Below are positions 35,399 through 44,054 of a DNA stretch of 64,000 nucleotides, piece by piece. The notes under the pieces were generated by a model. The model saw only the letters and a program-made list of their open reading frames with translations. It made no database searches and was not told where the DNA came from. A program made the translations under genes and the position numbers. This DNA comes from Dehalococcoidia bacterium (GTDB lineage: Bacteria > Chloroflexota > Dehalococcoidia > DSTF01 > RBG-16-68-14), in the NCBI GenBank assembly GCA_040902195.1, contig JBBDXS010000014.1:143725-207724 (forward strand), given 5' to 3'. Position 1 is the stretch's first letter. Every line of letters starts with the position of its first letter.

Positions 35399-36079
35399 GT
35401 TCTCCGGATCGATCAAGCCGTCCTCGTCACCCGTAATGACCAGCGTCGGCGCGGCGAGGCTCGACAGGCGATCGAACGCGTCGTGGGCGTGGACGGCGTC
35501 CGCCTGGCGGCGCAGGCCATGCGGCGCGGGCGGAAAGCGAATGATCGAGAGCACAAAGTCCTGTAGCGCGCTCTCCGATCGCAGCAACGCCTCGTCCGTC
35601 CAGAGACGCTTGAGGAAGTCGGAGAACCATTCGAGGTCGGGCCCCTGCTCTGCGAACGTCTCGCGGAACTGCGCGATGTCGTCGCGCAGGCGATCGATGC
35701 CCGCCGACCGGTTACCGCCCGGAGTCGTGCAGCCAAGGATGAGCGCACCAACGCGCTCGGGATTCGCGATCGCCAGCTCTTGCGCGACCATGCCGCCCAA
35801 CGAGATGCCGAGCACGTGGGCTCGCTCGATGCCGAGCGTATCCATCAGGCCGGCCACGTCGCCGGCCATCTGCGCCGTCGAGAACGGCGCATCCGGCGCC
35901 GACGTGCGGCCGACGCCCCGGTTGTCAAAGACGGTCAGCTGAAAACGCTGCGCGAGGCCGGGGATCTGCGGACGCCACGTCGCGGCGTTCCCTCCCCAAC
36001 CCATAATGAGCACCAGCGGCTCGCCGGAGCCGTACTGCTCGTAATACATCTCGATGCCGTTGGTACTGATCGTAGGCAT
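35243..36079 (-). CDS. Alpha/beta-fold hydrolase
   Basis: Track ORF trimmed to ATG 36079 (MPTISTNGIEMYYEQYGSGEPLVLIMGWGG...). Nucleophile elbow GISLGGMVAQ. 278 aa. Confidence 0.8.
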   Translation of the reverse strand: MPTISTNGIEMYYEQYGSGEPLVLIMGWGGNAATWRPQIPGLAQRFQLTVFDNRGVGRTSAPDAPFSTAQMAGDVAGLMDTLGIERAHVLGISLGGMVAQELAIANPERVGALILGCTTPGGNRSAGIDRLRDDIAQFRETFAEQGPDLEWFSDFLKRLWTDEALLRSESALQDFVLSIIRFPPAPHGLRRQADAVHAHDAFDRLSSLAAPTLVITGDEDGLIDPENSAILADAIPEAELCVFPRLRHAFHLERPDLVNPVIIDFIYRAGIKLDPSSS

Positions 36080-36089
36080 GCACACATCC

Positions 36090-36109
36090 CGTAGGGGGAT
36101 ACCCCTACG
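36090..36109. other. GC-rich hairpin CGTAGGGG-GATA-CCCCTACG between phaC and the hydrolase gene
   Basis: Perfect 8-bp stem, 10 nt upstream of the hydrolase ATG and 147 nt downstream of the phaC stop. Same arm type as the hairpin at 21759. Confidence 0.4.
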
Positions 36110-36255
36110 AGATGATCGGCAGGCCGAGAAGCAGTCATGAGGGGCGATGACAAGCCAGCAGGGGCGCATGCCTGCCCGCCGCGGGAGGGGCTCGCGCGCA
36201 GTCCCGAGCATGAGAAGCTTCTGGCTGCCCGTTGACTAGTTGAAGGCTGAGTGGG

Positions 36256-37341
36256 CTAGACCGACCGTCGCGCCAGCCACTCGTTGACCGTAGGCCAGAG
36301 GCGGAGGATGGCGTTGGCGCCAGAGATCAGGCTCACATGTCCGCCGCGCACGTGCATGTCCTGCTTGTCGCTGCTCCCAAGGAGCGACGTCAGCGACCGC
36401 GTCGCGTCGTACGGGACCATGTGGTCGAACTCCGCCATCGCGTTGAGGACGGAGCAGCGCACACGGCAGAGCTCGATACGGCGGCCGCCGAGCTCGAACT
36501 CGTTCTTCATGAGCTTGTTCCCCTGCACGAGCTCTTTGATGAACTGCCGGTACGTCTCGCCCGGGAACGGGATCTGGTCCGTCACCCACCGATAGCGCAC
36601 CCGCCAGTTGTAGACGTACTGCTCGTCCCAAAGGTTGTCCCAGAGGCGCGTATAGCCGAGCATCCGGTCGAATGGGCGCAACGCCTCCAACGTCGAACGG
36701 ATGAACTCCGCCGGGATGTTGCCGAACGTGTCAACGACTTTATCGACGTCAAACCAACGCGGGTCGGCCCAACGACGGAGCAGCCCCATGCCTTCGAAGT
36801 CCACCGGGGTCGCGACCGAGACGAGGTTCTTGAGCGGCGCTCCTGGAAATGCGCCCGCGTACATCAGGGCGAAGAGCCCGCCCATGCAGTAGCCGATGAA
36901 CGAGTAGTCCTCTTCCTTCGTCACGCGCTGCACGTGCTCCATGGCTGCGGGCAAGAAATCGAGGACGTAGTCTTCCAGCCGCAGTGAGTGGTCTTCAGGA
37001 CGCGGCACGCCCCAATCGACCATGAACACGTCGAACCCCTGCTTGAGCAGGTACTCGACGAAGCTCTGGCCCGGCACAAGATCGAGAATGTAGGGCTTGC
37101 TGACCAGCGACATGACGAAGACTACCGGCACGCGGTAGACCTCCTCCGTGATGGGACGGTAGCGGTAGAGACGGAATGTGCCGCGACTGTAGATGACGTC
37201 CTTCGGCGTGAGGCCGACAGGAGGCTCGTTGCGGCGGAGCAGGACGTCGAGGCTTCGCTCTGAGCGGTCGACGGTGAGCCGGGCCTCGCGCCGGAGTTGC
37301 TGCGCGAGTGAGATGCCCGTGTCCGCTGCTTGGTTGACCAT
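36256..37341 (-). CDS. phaC: Poly(3-hydroxyalkanoate) synthase, class III/IV PhaC subunit
   Basis: 361 aa, the size of class III/IV PhaC. Lipase-box variant GYCMGG, VPVVFVMSLVSKPYILDL, FMVDWG. Confidence 0.9.
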   Translation of the reverse strand: MVNQAADTGISLAQQLRREARLTVDRSERSLDVLLRRNEPPVGLTPKDVIYSRGTFRLYRYRPITEEVYRVPVVFVMSLVSKPYILDLVPGQSFVEYLLKQGFDVFMVDWGVPRPEDHSLRLEDYVLDFLPAAMEHVQRVTKEEDYSFIGYCMGGLFALMYAGAFPGAPLKNLVSVATPVDFEGMGLLRRWADPRWFDVDKVVDTFGNIPAEFIRSTLEALRPFDRMLGYTRLWDNLWDEQYVYNWRVRYRWVTDQIPFPGETYRQFIKELVQGNKLMKNEFELGGRRIELCRVRCSVLNAMAEFDHMVPYDATRSLTSLLGSSDKQDMHVRGGHVSLISGANAILRLWPTVNEWLARRSV

Positions 37342-37425
37342 CGATCTCCGCCGTTTCCGCCCGCGGCTCCCGGCCGCGAATGCTGGGAGACAGGTCGGGC
37401 CCGCTTTCGCAGGCCCGGCAGGCTG

Positions 37426-37857
37426 CTACCGCCGGAGTTCCTCAGGAATCGCCCCGGCGGCGACGCCTTCCTCAGGCGCGGAGTAGGCCGGCGGCTGTCG
37501 ATTCCGGCTCGGCTCCTCAACAGGGGCCTCAGCAGGCTGCCCGTCGACGTGATCGGCCGCGATCTGGAGCGTCTGCTCGATACGTGCGAGGCGCTCCTGG
37601 ATGTCACGCAACGTTTCGCCCAAAGAGACGAGCTCCGCGCGGCTAGGCATGTTCATGAAGGTGAGGTAGCGCTGCATGAACTCGGCCATCAGGCGCTGAG
37701 ACGAGACGTACAGCTCCATAAATCCGGCCATCGTTCGAGCGGTGGCTTCCGAGCCCATCGTGTCGTTGGTAAAGGAGTTGAACTGGCGCTCGGTCTGGGT
37801 GAGCCAGTCGCGCCACAACTGCATGACATCGGGCCCTTGGCTGGGCTGCTCGGACAT
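37426..37857 (-). CDS. Short PHA-synthase partner subunit (PhaE/PhaR-like), tentative
   Basis: Track ORF trimmed to ATG 37857, preceded by GAGGTG. 143 aa, helical (MQLWRDWLTQTERQFNSF..., SRAELVSLGETLRDIQERLARIEQTLQ). Sits directly upstream of phaC, as phaE/phaR does in two-component synthases. Call rests on position and style, not on a strict motif. Confidence 0.55.
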   Translation of the reverse strand: MSEQPSQGPDVMQLWRDWLTQTERQFNSFTNDTMGSEATARTMAGFMELYVSSQRLMAEFMQRYLTFMNMPSRAELVSLGETLRDIQERLARIEQTLQIAADHVDGQPAEAPVEEPSRNRQPPAYSAPEEGVAAGAIPEELRR

Positions 37858-37924
37858 AAGATCACCTCGTTTTGCGTGCCAAGCGGATGCGGCCAAGCGC
37901 GGCGTGGCGCCGCTTGGGGAGGTC

Positions 37925-37953
37925 ATTTTGACATTTTTTGCCCAGGTTTGCAA
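37925..37953 (-). promoter_or_regulatory. Candidate sigma-70-type promoter for the phaE-like/phaC operon
   Basis: Minus strand: TTGCAA (37953-37948), 17-nt spacer, CAAAAT (37930-37925), ~60 nt upstream of the ATG at 37857. Confidence 0.3.
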
Positions 37954-38092
37954 GGCAGGTCCGCATGCAAGATTGTTAGAACGCGTAAAGATTTACGCTT
38001 ACTTTACGGAAAGCCTTGACCTAACGCGATAAGCCACTCATCATGGCTACTACAGGCTACGCTCTCGGGAGCCACCAAGGAGGGTACCTACT

Positions 38093-38407
38093 ATGGCCGG
38101 CAACGACGCCGCACAGAAGATCTTCGAGGCGTTGAACGAGAGCTCCGATGCGTTCATCGACGCCGTCCGCGCATCCAACGACCGCGGCCATCGCTTCTCC
38201 GCCGCCGTCATCGAGCAGGCGCAAGAAAGCCAGCGCGAGACCGTCGAGTTCATTAAGAAATGGGCGTCGGCGCCGTTCGACTTCAGCGGCCTGTTCGCCT
38301 CTGTGGTCGAATCCACAACGAAGGCGCAAGGCCGGGCGCTCGATGGCACACGCCTGATGTTCACGGAGATGGGCGAAGCGCAAAAGGAAACGCGCGAGGT
38401 CGTCTAG
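38093..38407 (+). CDS. Phasin-like small helical protein (PHA-granule associated), tentative
   Basis: 104 aa with a GGAGGG SD. Ala/Glu/Gln-rich amphipathic sequence with no enzyme motif. Divergent from the phaE-like/phaC operon. Confidence 0.45.
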   Translation: MAGNDAAQKIFEALNESSDAFIDAVRASNDRGHRFSAAVIEQAQESQRETVEFIKKWASAPFDFSGLFASVVESTTKAQGRALDGTRLMFTEMGEAQKETREVV

Positions 38408-38410
38408 CGT

Positions 38411-38569
38411 ATGGTGACGGCAAACCGCAAGGTGAACGAGGCGACCGTCGAGTTGGCGCGCGGGATGTTCAGCCGCGCCGGCGAAGCAGTCCAATCGATA
38501 ACCGACGGCAACGGGCGCAAGGCCCGGACGCCAGAGCCCGCCTCGCCACCCACAAGCTCCGGACTCTAG
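38411..38569 (+). CDS. 52-aa hypothetical ORF following the phasin-like gene
   Basis: Below the track cut-off. MVTANRKVNEATVELARGMFSRAGEAVQSITDGNGRKARTPEPASPPTSSGL. The ATG is 3 nt after the preceding stop. Confidence 0.25.
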   Translation: MVTANRKVNEATVELARGMFSRAGEAVQSITDGNGRKARTPEPASPPTSSGL

Positions 38570-38589
38570 TCAACCGAAGCCGCAGCGCG

Positions 38590-38619
38590 AAAAAAAGCGG
38601 CCGAGGGCAAGCCGGCCGC
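38590..38619 (-). terminator. Rho-independent terminator of the lipase-like hydrolase gene
   Basis: Minus strand reads GCGGCCG-GCTTGCCCT-CGGCCGC followed by TTTTTTT, 25 nt after the stop at 38644. Confidence 0.7.
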
Positions 38620-38643
38620 CAGTGTGCGTATCTCCGTGGGGAC

Positions 38644-39438
38644 CTACGCGGAGCTCTTGGCCTTGCGGCGCTGCTGCTGGACATTCGTAGCCAGCAGGTC
38701 GGCAATGCGGCGATACGCCTGGGGGTTGAAGGCGAGCCCGGCGTGCGTGCCGGAAACCCTTGTGTTCAGCTCTTCGTCGTCCTCGATGCAGCTTCGCCAA
38801 TCCACCACTCCATCCGTCGTCGTATAGATAGCCGCGTGGTCGACGCTAGGCGGCAGATCCATACGGACAGCGTTGGCAAACTCGCAGGTGCAGGCGCCGG
38901 TGTAGCAGTCCGGGTTTCGGGCCTTCCCGTTCTTCTTCTGACTCCGAATACGCTGCCGCACGAAGCCTGCCGCGGCGAGGATCATCGGATGGACCCGAAT
39001 GTCTCGGAACGGCGACGCCAGGCAGATCACCTGATCGACCTGCTCCGGACGCAGGACGCCAGCGCTCCGGGCCAGGAGGCCCCCGAGGCTGTGCCCAACG
39101 AGGTGGAGTTTCTGCCCGGTCTCCTCATGCGCCTGGTCCATCGTTTCGAAGAGACGCTGAAGGAGCACGTCGGGGCATTCGGAGTTGCGGCCGATTCGAG
39201 AGTAGTACGGCTGGTAGCCGATGCGGCGAAGCCAGTAGTAGAGCTCGAAGAGGTAGTTGTCGGACCCCAGGAAGCCTGGTATGACAACAACCGGCTCGCC
39301 GTGGCCTCTGGGGACCCCAAGTCCGTAGTAGACCGGCGATACCCGGAGGGCCAGCCAGTCGACTCCGAAGAGCGCCTCGCGCCAAAGAGGCACCGAGGCC
39401 GGCTGGAGCATAGTGGGACCGCTTTGCGCAACGCTCAA
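38644..39438 (-). CDS. Alpha/beta hydrolase, lipase/esterase-like (possible PHA or lipid depolymerase)
   Basis: VVIPGFLGSDNYL and nucleophile elbow LVGHSLGGLLARS. 264 aa. Located inside the storage-polymer island. The depolymerase role is inference only. Confidence 0.7.
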   Translation of the reverse strand: MSVAQSGPTMLQPASVPLWREALFGVDWLALRVSPVYYGLGVPRGHGEPVVVIPGFLGSDNYLFELYYWLRRIGYQPYYSRIGRNSECPDVLLQRLFETMDQAHEETGQKLHLVGHSLGGLLARSAGVLRPEQVDQVICLASPFRDIRVHPMILAAAGFVRQRIRSQKKNGKARNPDCYTGACTCEFANAVRMDLPPSVDHAAIYTTTDGVVDWRSCIEDDEELNTRVSGTHAGLAFNPQAYRRIADLLATNVQQQRRKAKSSA

Positions 39439-39608
39439 GAGACGGACACTCCCCCTCCTACGTCAACGAGTCCGTTACTGGAATATAACACACCAGTCAA
39501 ATGGCGAGCGAGGCACGAGAGCCCCCGCCTGCTGGACGTAACAATACCATACGCAGTACAGTGTGTAGACCATTTCGGCCTACGAGGCGAGCAAGAGGCT
39601 ACGCTGCC

Positions 39609-41078
39609 ATGCCAGGGAAGCTAACGCGCCGAATGAGCGCCACAGACGCGGCCTTCCTCTATCTAGAGAGGCCGCACGCCCCGCTCCATATCGGTTCGCT
39701 AGGTGTGTACGAGGGACGGATCCCGTTCGACCGGTTCCTTTCACACATCGATTCACGAATGCCCCTCATCCCGCGCTACCGGCAGCGGGCTGTCTTTCCG
39801 CCGTTCAATCTCGCCCACCCAACCTGGGAAGACGATCCGAACTTCAACGTTCGTAATCACATCTTCGAAGTCCAGCTGCCGGCGCCCGCCACGACAGAGC
39901 AGCTCCTTGAGCTTTCGACGAAGATCTTTTCGGAGCCGCTCGATCGATCGAAGCCGCTGTGGGAGATGTACATCATCCATGGCATCGAGGACGGTAACTC
40001 CGCGATCCTGTCGAAAGTACACCACTGCATGGTCGATGGCGTCTCGGGCATCGAGCTGCTGCTAGCAGTCGTCGACATTACACCGGAGCCCGCGCCGCCA
40101 CCGGAGCCGACGCCCTGGGAACCAGCACCGCTTCCCAGCTCATCAACGATGTTGAACGACGCGGTCTGGGACAACATGCAGCAGCAGATGGACTTCTGGC
40201 GCGAGCTGCTGCAGACCGCCGTCGATCCGATGACGCGCTGGCGTCAAGCGCAGGAGACCGTGCGCGCGTTCCGCACGTCGTCTCCGTGGGCGTTCCGTCC
40301 CGCGCCGCAGACCCCGTTCTCAATGCCGCTCTGCAAGGACCGGCGCGTCGCCGTGACGGAAGTATCGTTCCCGGAGATCCGCGAGATCCGCAGCTCGCTG
40401 GGCGGCACGGTCAACGACGTGGTGCTCGCGGTACTCACGGGAGCGTTGCGGCGCTACTTTCTGTCGCACGGGCACAGCGTCGAGGGCGTAGAGCTACGCG
40501 TAGGCGTGCCCGTGAACGTGCGCCTCGAAGACGAGAAGGGCGCGCTGGGCAATCGAATCTCGGCGATGATGCCGACGCTGCCGCTGGGCGAGCCGGACGC
40601 CGCGACGCGGCTGCGCTTGATCAAAGACCAGGTCAACTACCTGAAAACCGAAAACCAGGCGAGCGCTTTTGAGCTGCTCTCGCGGTTCGCAACGCTGGTG
40701 CCCGTGCCAATCCAGGCGATGGGCATCGCTTCCAACAACATGGTGAACCTGATCTGCACCAACGTCCCAGGCCCAATGATCCCGCTCTACAGCGTGGGAC
40801 ACTTGCTGCTGGCCCACTACCCGTTCGTGCCGCTGAGCCTGAACATGGGCCTCGGCGTCGGCGTGACCAGTTACAACCAGAAGCTCTTCTTCGGACTGAT
40901 GGCCGACCCGCACGCGATACCGGACCTGGAGACGCTGCGAGGCAACGTGGACGATTCGTTCTTGGAGCTACGTGCCGCGGCGGGCGTGCGTCCGTCCGAG
41001 CTGCCCTCGATCAACGGGCACGGCGGAACGAAGGCGCCGGAGACGGCGCGGGCGGGAACGACAGGTCCGGCGAGCTAG
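39609..41078 (+). CDS. Wax ester synthase / acyl-CoA:diacylglycerol acyltransferase (WS/DGAT)
   Basis: Track ORF trimmed to ATG 39609 (MPGKLTRRMSATDAAFLYLERPHAPLHIG...). Catalytic HHCMVDGVSG (HHxxxDG), and a C-terminal NLICTNVPGP motif region. Confidence 0.9.
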   Translation: MPGKLTRRMSATDAAFLYLERPHAPLHIGSLGVYEGRIPFDRFLSHIDSRMPLIPRYRQRAVFPPFNLAHPTWEDDPNFNVRNHIFEVQLPAPATTEQLLELSTKIFSEPLDRSKPLWEMYIIHGIEDGNSAILSKVHHCMVDGVSGIELLLAVVDITPEPAPPPEPTPWEPAPLPSSSTMLNDAVWDNMQQQMDFWRELLQTAVDPMTRWRQAQETVRAFRTSSPWAFRPAPQTPFSMPLCKDRRVAVTEVSFPEIREIRSSLGGTVNDVVLAVLTGALRRYFLSHGHSVEGVELRVGVPVNVRLEDEKGALGNRISAMMPTLPLGEPDAATRLRLIKDQVNYLKTENQASAFELLSRFATLVPVPIQAMGIASNNMVNLICTNVPGPMIPLYSVGHLLLAHYPFVPLSLNMGLGVGVTSYNQKLFFGLMADPHAIPDLETLRGNVDDSFLELRAAAGVRPSELPSINGHGGTKAPETARAGTTGPAS

Positions 41079-41674
41079 GCGGAGCGCGATACGACGCCAG
41101 CGTGCACGACGTCGCTAAAGCCCGCGACATCGTGCGACATGATCAGCAAGTCGCGGGTCCTACCTTCCCTATCGACAACGTAGTCGGCGAGCAGCGCCTC
41201 CGGGCGGAAGCCCAGGCGCTCGAAGGTGACACGCGCGCCGGTCTGGTCGGGCGTCATCTGCGCCGTGATCTTGCGCAGGCCGATGTCGCGCGCGATGGAG
41301 AATACCTCATCGGTTAGGCGGCGGCCGAGACCTAGCCGGCGGTATTCCGCGCCGACGTTGACGCGGATCTCGCCCACGTGGCGGTTCCACATCGCGTCGT
41401 TGTGGTGGATGCTGGCGTAGCCGACGACCTGCCCGCCTGTTTCGGCGAGGACGGTGATCGTGCGACCACCCTCGATGTTGGCGACCCACTCGTCGAGACC
41501 GTCCGGCGTCGTGATGTTCAGACGGAGGAAGAGCAGGTCGTCGTGCGGGAGGCTGCGCGCGAACGCAAGGACGGCGTCCCGGTCGCTGGCCGTCATGAGA
41601 CGGAACGTCACGGGCCCTTTGGAGAGCATGACGTCTCGAGGATACGTGCGGCTGATCTTCTCTGTGTCGGTCAT
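41075..41674 (-). CDS. GNAT-family acetyltransferase
   Basis: 199 aa. EIRVNVGAEYRRLGLGRRLTDEVFSIARDIG is a Q/RxxGxG/A acetyl-CoA motif. Confidence 0.8.
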   Translation of the reverse strand: MTDTEKISRTYPRDVMLSKGPVTFRLMTASDRDAVLAFARSLPHDDLLFLRLNITTPDGLDEWVANIEGGRTITVLAETGGQVVGYASIHHNDAMWNRHVGEIRVNVGAEYRRLGLGRRLTDEVFSIARDIGLRKITAQMTPDQTGARVTFERLGFRPEALLADYVVDREGRTRDLLIMSHDVAGFSDVVHAGVVSRSA

Positions 41675-41718
41675 GGCTCCCTTCCTCGCCGTAGGATCGT
41701 TTATGTCTTCTACCAGAG

Positions 41719-42552
41719 TCAGTCCCAGAAGTCCAGCGCCTGGCGCATCGTCTGTTCGAACTGCTCGTCGTCGAGCTGGTGGCGCAGGCCACCGATCATC
41801 TCGGCGTCCTGCCCGACGAGATAACGCAGCTTGGGCTTCTCCTCCTGCGCAACGTTGTAGATGAGATCGGCGACTTGCTGCGCGTCGCCACGAGCGGCAG
41901 CAGCGGGCAGCCGCGTTAGCGACTCCTCGAAGCGCTGCGAGCGTTCGAGGTAGGGCGAGCCTTCGGTGAAGCGCCGCGAGACCCGTCGCGTGTTCTCGAT
42001 GTTGGTTTGAAACCCGCCCGGCTCGACGCAGGAGACCTTGATCCCGAAGGGGCTGGCTTCGTAATAGAGCGCCTCGCTGGCGGCCTCCAGCGCCTTCTTG
42101 CTTGCGGAATAGATGCCGTCAAACGGCGGCGTCACGACGGCGGCGAGCGACGAGACGTTGATGATACGCCCGCCCCCCTGCTGGCGCATCTGCGGAACGA
42201 CGGCGCGGGTCATGCGCAGCGCGCCGAAGAAGTTTGTCTCGAAGACTTCCTTTGCCTCAGCATCGTCGGTCTCCTCAATGGGCCCTCGGTGGCCAATGCC
42301 CGCGTTATTCACGAGCACATCGATCCGCCCTGCCTTAGCGATGACCTGCTGCACGCCGCTCGCGACGGAGGCGTCGTCGTTGACGTCGATCTGGAGGATC
42401 TCGATCGGGAGGCCTTCCGCCTCGCGGGCGAGGTCGGCGCCGCGCGAGGTGTCGCGCATGGTGGCGAAGACCGTGTCGCCCTGGTTCGCGAAGTGGAGCG
42501 CGGCCAGCTTGCCGAAGCCGCTGGCGCATCCGGTGATCAGTACGATGGCCAT
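41719..42552 (-). CDS. Short-chain dehydrogenase/reductase (classical SDR)
   Basis: Track ORF trimmed to ATG 42552 (GGAAAGGA SD). ITGCASGFG, NNAG, YSASK. 277 aa. Confidence 0.9.
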   Translation of the reverse strand: MAIVLITGCASGFGKLAALHFANQGDTVFATMRDTSRGADLAREAEGLPIEILQIDVNDDASVASGVQQVIAKAGRIDVLVNNAGIGHRGPIEETDDAEAKEVFETNFFGALRMTRAVVPQMRQQGGGRIINVSSLAAVVTPPFDGIYSASKKALEAASEALYYEASPFGIKVSCVEPGGFQTNIENTRRVSRRFTEGSPYLERSQRFEESLTRLPAAAARGDAQQVADLIYNVAQEEKPKLRYLVGQDAEMIGGLRHQLDDEQFEQTMRQALDFWD

Positions 42553-42694
42553 GATGGAGGTCCTTTCCGCCAGGCGACGCCCGGCCCTCGGTAACGCGTG
42601 GAATAAGGCGAAGCGATTGTACACGGAAGAAGCCAGCCGCAACAAGGAACGCGGGCTCGGGCGTGGAGCCGTTCTAGAGTAGAATGCGCTCGAT

Positions 42695-43990
42695 TTGGTA
42701 GATGAACCCGCGCGACTCCGGCCGCGGCTCGGCCTCGTAGAGACGACGCTGAGCGGCGTCGGCATTATTCTCGGCGCCGGGATCTACGTCCTCGTCGGCG
42801 ACGTGGCGGGCAAAGCCGGCGACACGCTGTGGGTCTCGTTCCTCTTCGCTGCGCTCGCCGCCGCGGCGATCGGGCTCTGCTACGCCGAGCTCGCGTCCGC
42901 GTTTCCGCGCGCGGGCGCCGACTACGAGTACACGCGGCAGGCGCTCGGCGCGCGGTCGGCGTTCGTGGTGGGGTGGCTGATCGTGATCGGGAACCTCGTT
43001 GCGGCGGCCGCGGTGGCGATCGGCTTCGCGAGCTACTTGCAGGAGTTCTGGGACGTCGGCATCCGCCCGATCGCCGTCGGCGTGCTGATCGTCGCGACGC
43101 TGATCGCGTGGGTGGGCATCCGCGAGACTGTCTGGACCGCGATCGCCCTTACGCTGATCGAGGCGGCCGGGCTCGTGTTCGTGATCGCCATCGGCGTGCC
43201 GCACTTCGGCGACGTCGACTTGCTGGCCGCCAAAGGCGGCGCGTTTGGGATCTTCTCCGGCGCGGCGCTGGTGATGTTCGCGTTCATCGGCTTCGAGCAG
43301 ATCGCGACGCTGGCGGAAGAGACGCGCGACGCGCCGCGAACGGTCCCGCGGGCGCTGCTGCTCGCGATCGTCGTGACGACGGCGCTGTACCTCCTCGTCG
43401 CCGTCTCGGCCGTGAGCGTGCTGGGTTGGGAAGCGTTGAGCGACTCCGATGCGCCGCTGGCCGCCGTGACGGAGGAGGTGCTGGGCGGCCGCGCGTCGGA
43501 CTACCTCGCGGTCGTCGCGCTGTTTTCGACCGCGAACACGGTTCTCCTACTGCTGGTCGCGGCGTCGCGGCTGATCTACGGGATGGCGGACACGGGCAGC
43601 CTGCCGCGCTTCCTAGCGTGGGTCCACCCGCGCATGCACACGCCGGTGCGCGCCATCGTGCTGTCGCTGGTCGTCTCGATGGGCTTTGCGCTCTCGGGCG
43701 ACCTCGAGCTCGTGGCCGGCGCGACGAACTTCGCCGTATTCATCGGCTTCGGCGCCGTAGCGGTCTCACTCATCGTGCTGCGCTTTCGCGCGCCTGAACT
43801 CGAGCGGCCGTTCCGCGCGCCGCTCAACATCGGCCGGATGCCGCTCCTGCCGGTCGTGGCGCTTGGCGCCATCGCGTTCATGATGGCCAACCTGGACATC
43901 GACGCCCTGATCGTAGGCGGCGGCCTCTTCTTGCTCGGCGTTGTCGCCATGGAGGCGCTTGAGCTATGGAGGCCGGCACATGCCGCGTAG
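42695..43990 (+). CDS. APC-superfamily amino acid/polyamine permease
   Basis: 431 aa, ~12 TM. N-terminal LSGVGIILGAGIYVLVG motif. TTG start as given by the track. Confidence 0.85.
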   Translation: MVDEPARLRPRLGLVETTLSGVGIILGAGIYVLVGDVAGKAGDTLWVSFLFAALAAAAIGLCYAELASAFPRAGADYEYTRQALGARSAFVVGWLIVIGNLVAAAAVAIGFASYLQEFWDVGIRPIAVGVLIVATLIAWVGIRETVWTAIALTLIEAAGLVFVIAIGVPHFGDVDLLAAKGGAFGIFSGAALVMFAFIGFEQIATLAEETRDAPRTVPRALLLAIVVTTALYLLVAVSAVSVLGWEALSDSDAPLAAVTEEVLGGRASDYLAVVALFSTANTVLLLLVAASRLIYGMADTGSLPRFLAWVHPRMHTPVRAIVLSLVVSMGFALSGDLELVAGATNFAVFIGFGAVAVSLIVLRFRAPELERPFRAPLNIGRMPLLPVVALGAIAFMMANLDIDALIVGGGLFLLGVVAMEALELWRPAHAA

Positions 43991-44021
43991 AAGCAGCAAA
44001 GCCCTGGTAGTCTTGGCTTCC

Positions 44022-44042
44022 GGTTCTAGGTTCTAGGTTCTC
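44022..44042. repeat. Tandem heptanucleotide repeat (GGTTCTA GGTTCTA GGTTCTC)
   Basis: Read directly, 13 nt upstream of the first lysS ATG. Confidence 0.6.
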
Positions 44043-44054
44043 CGTCGCGCTACC

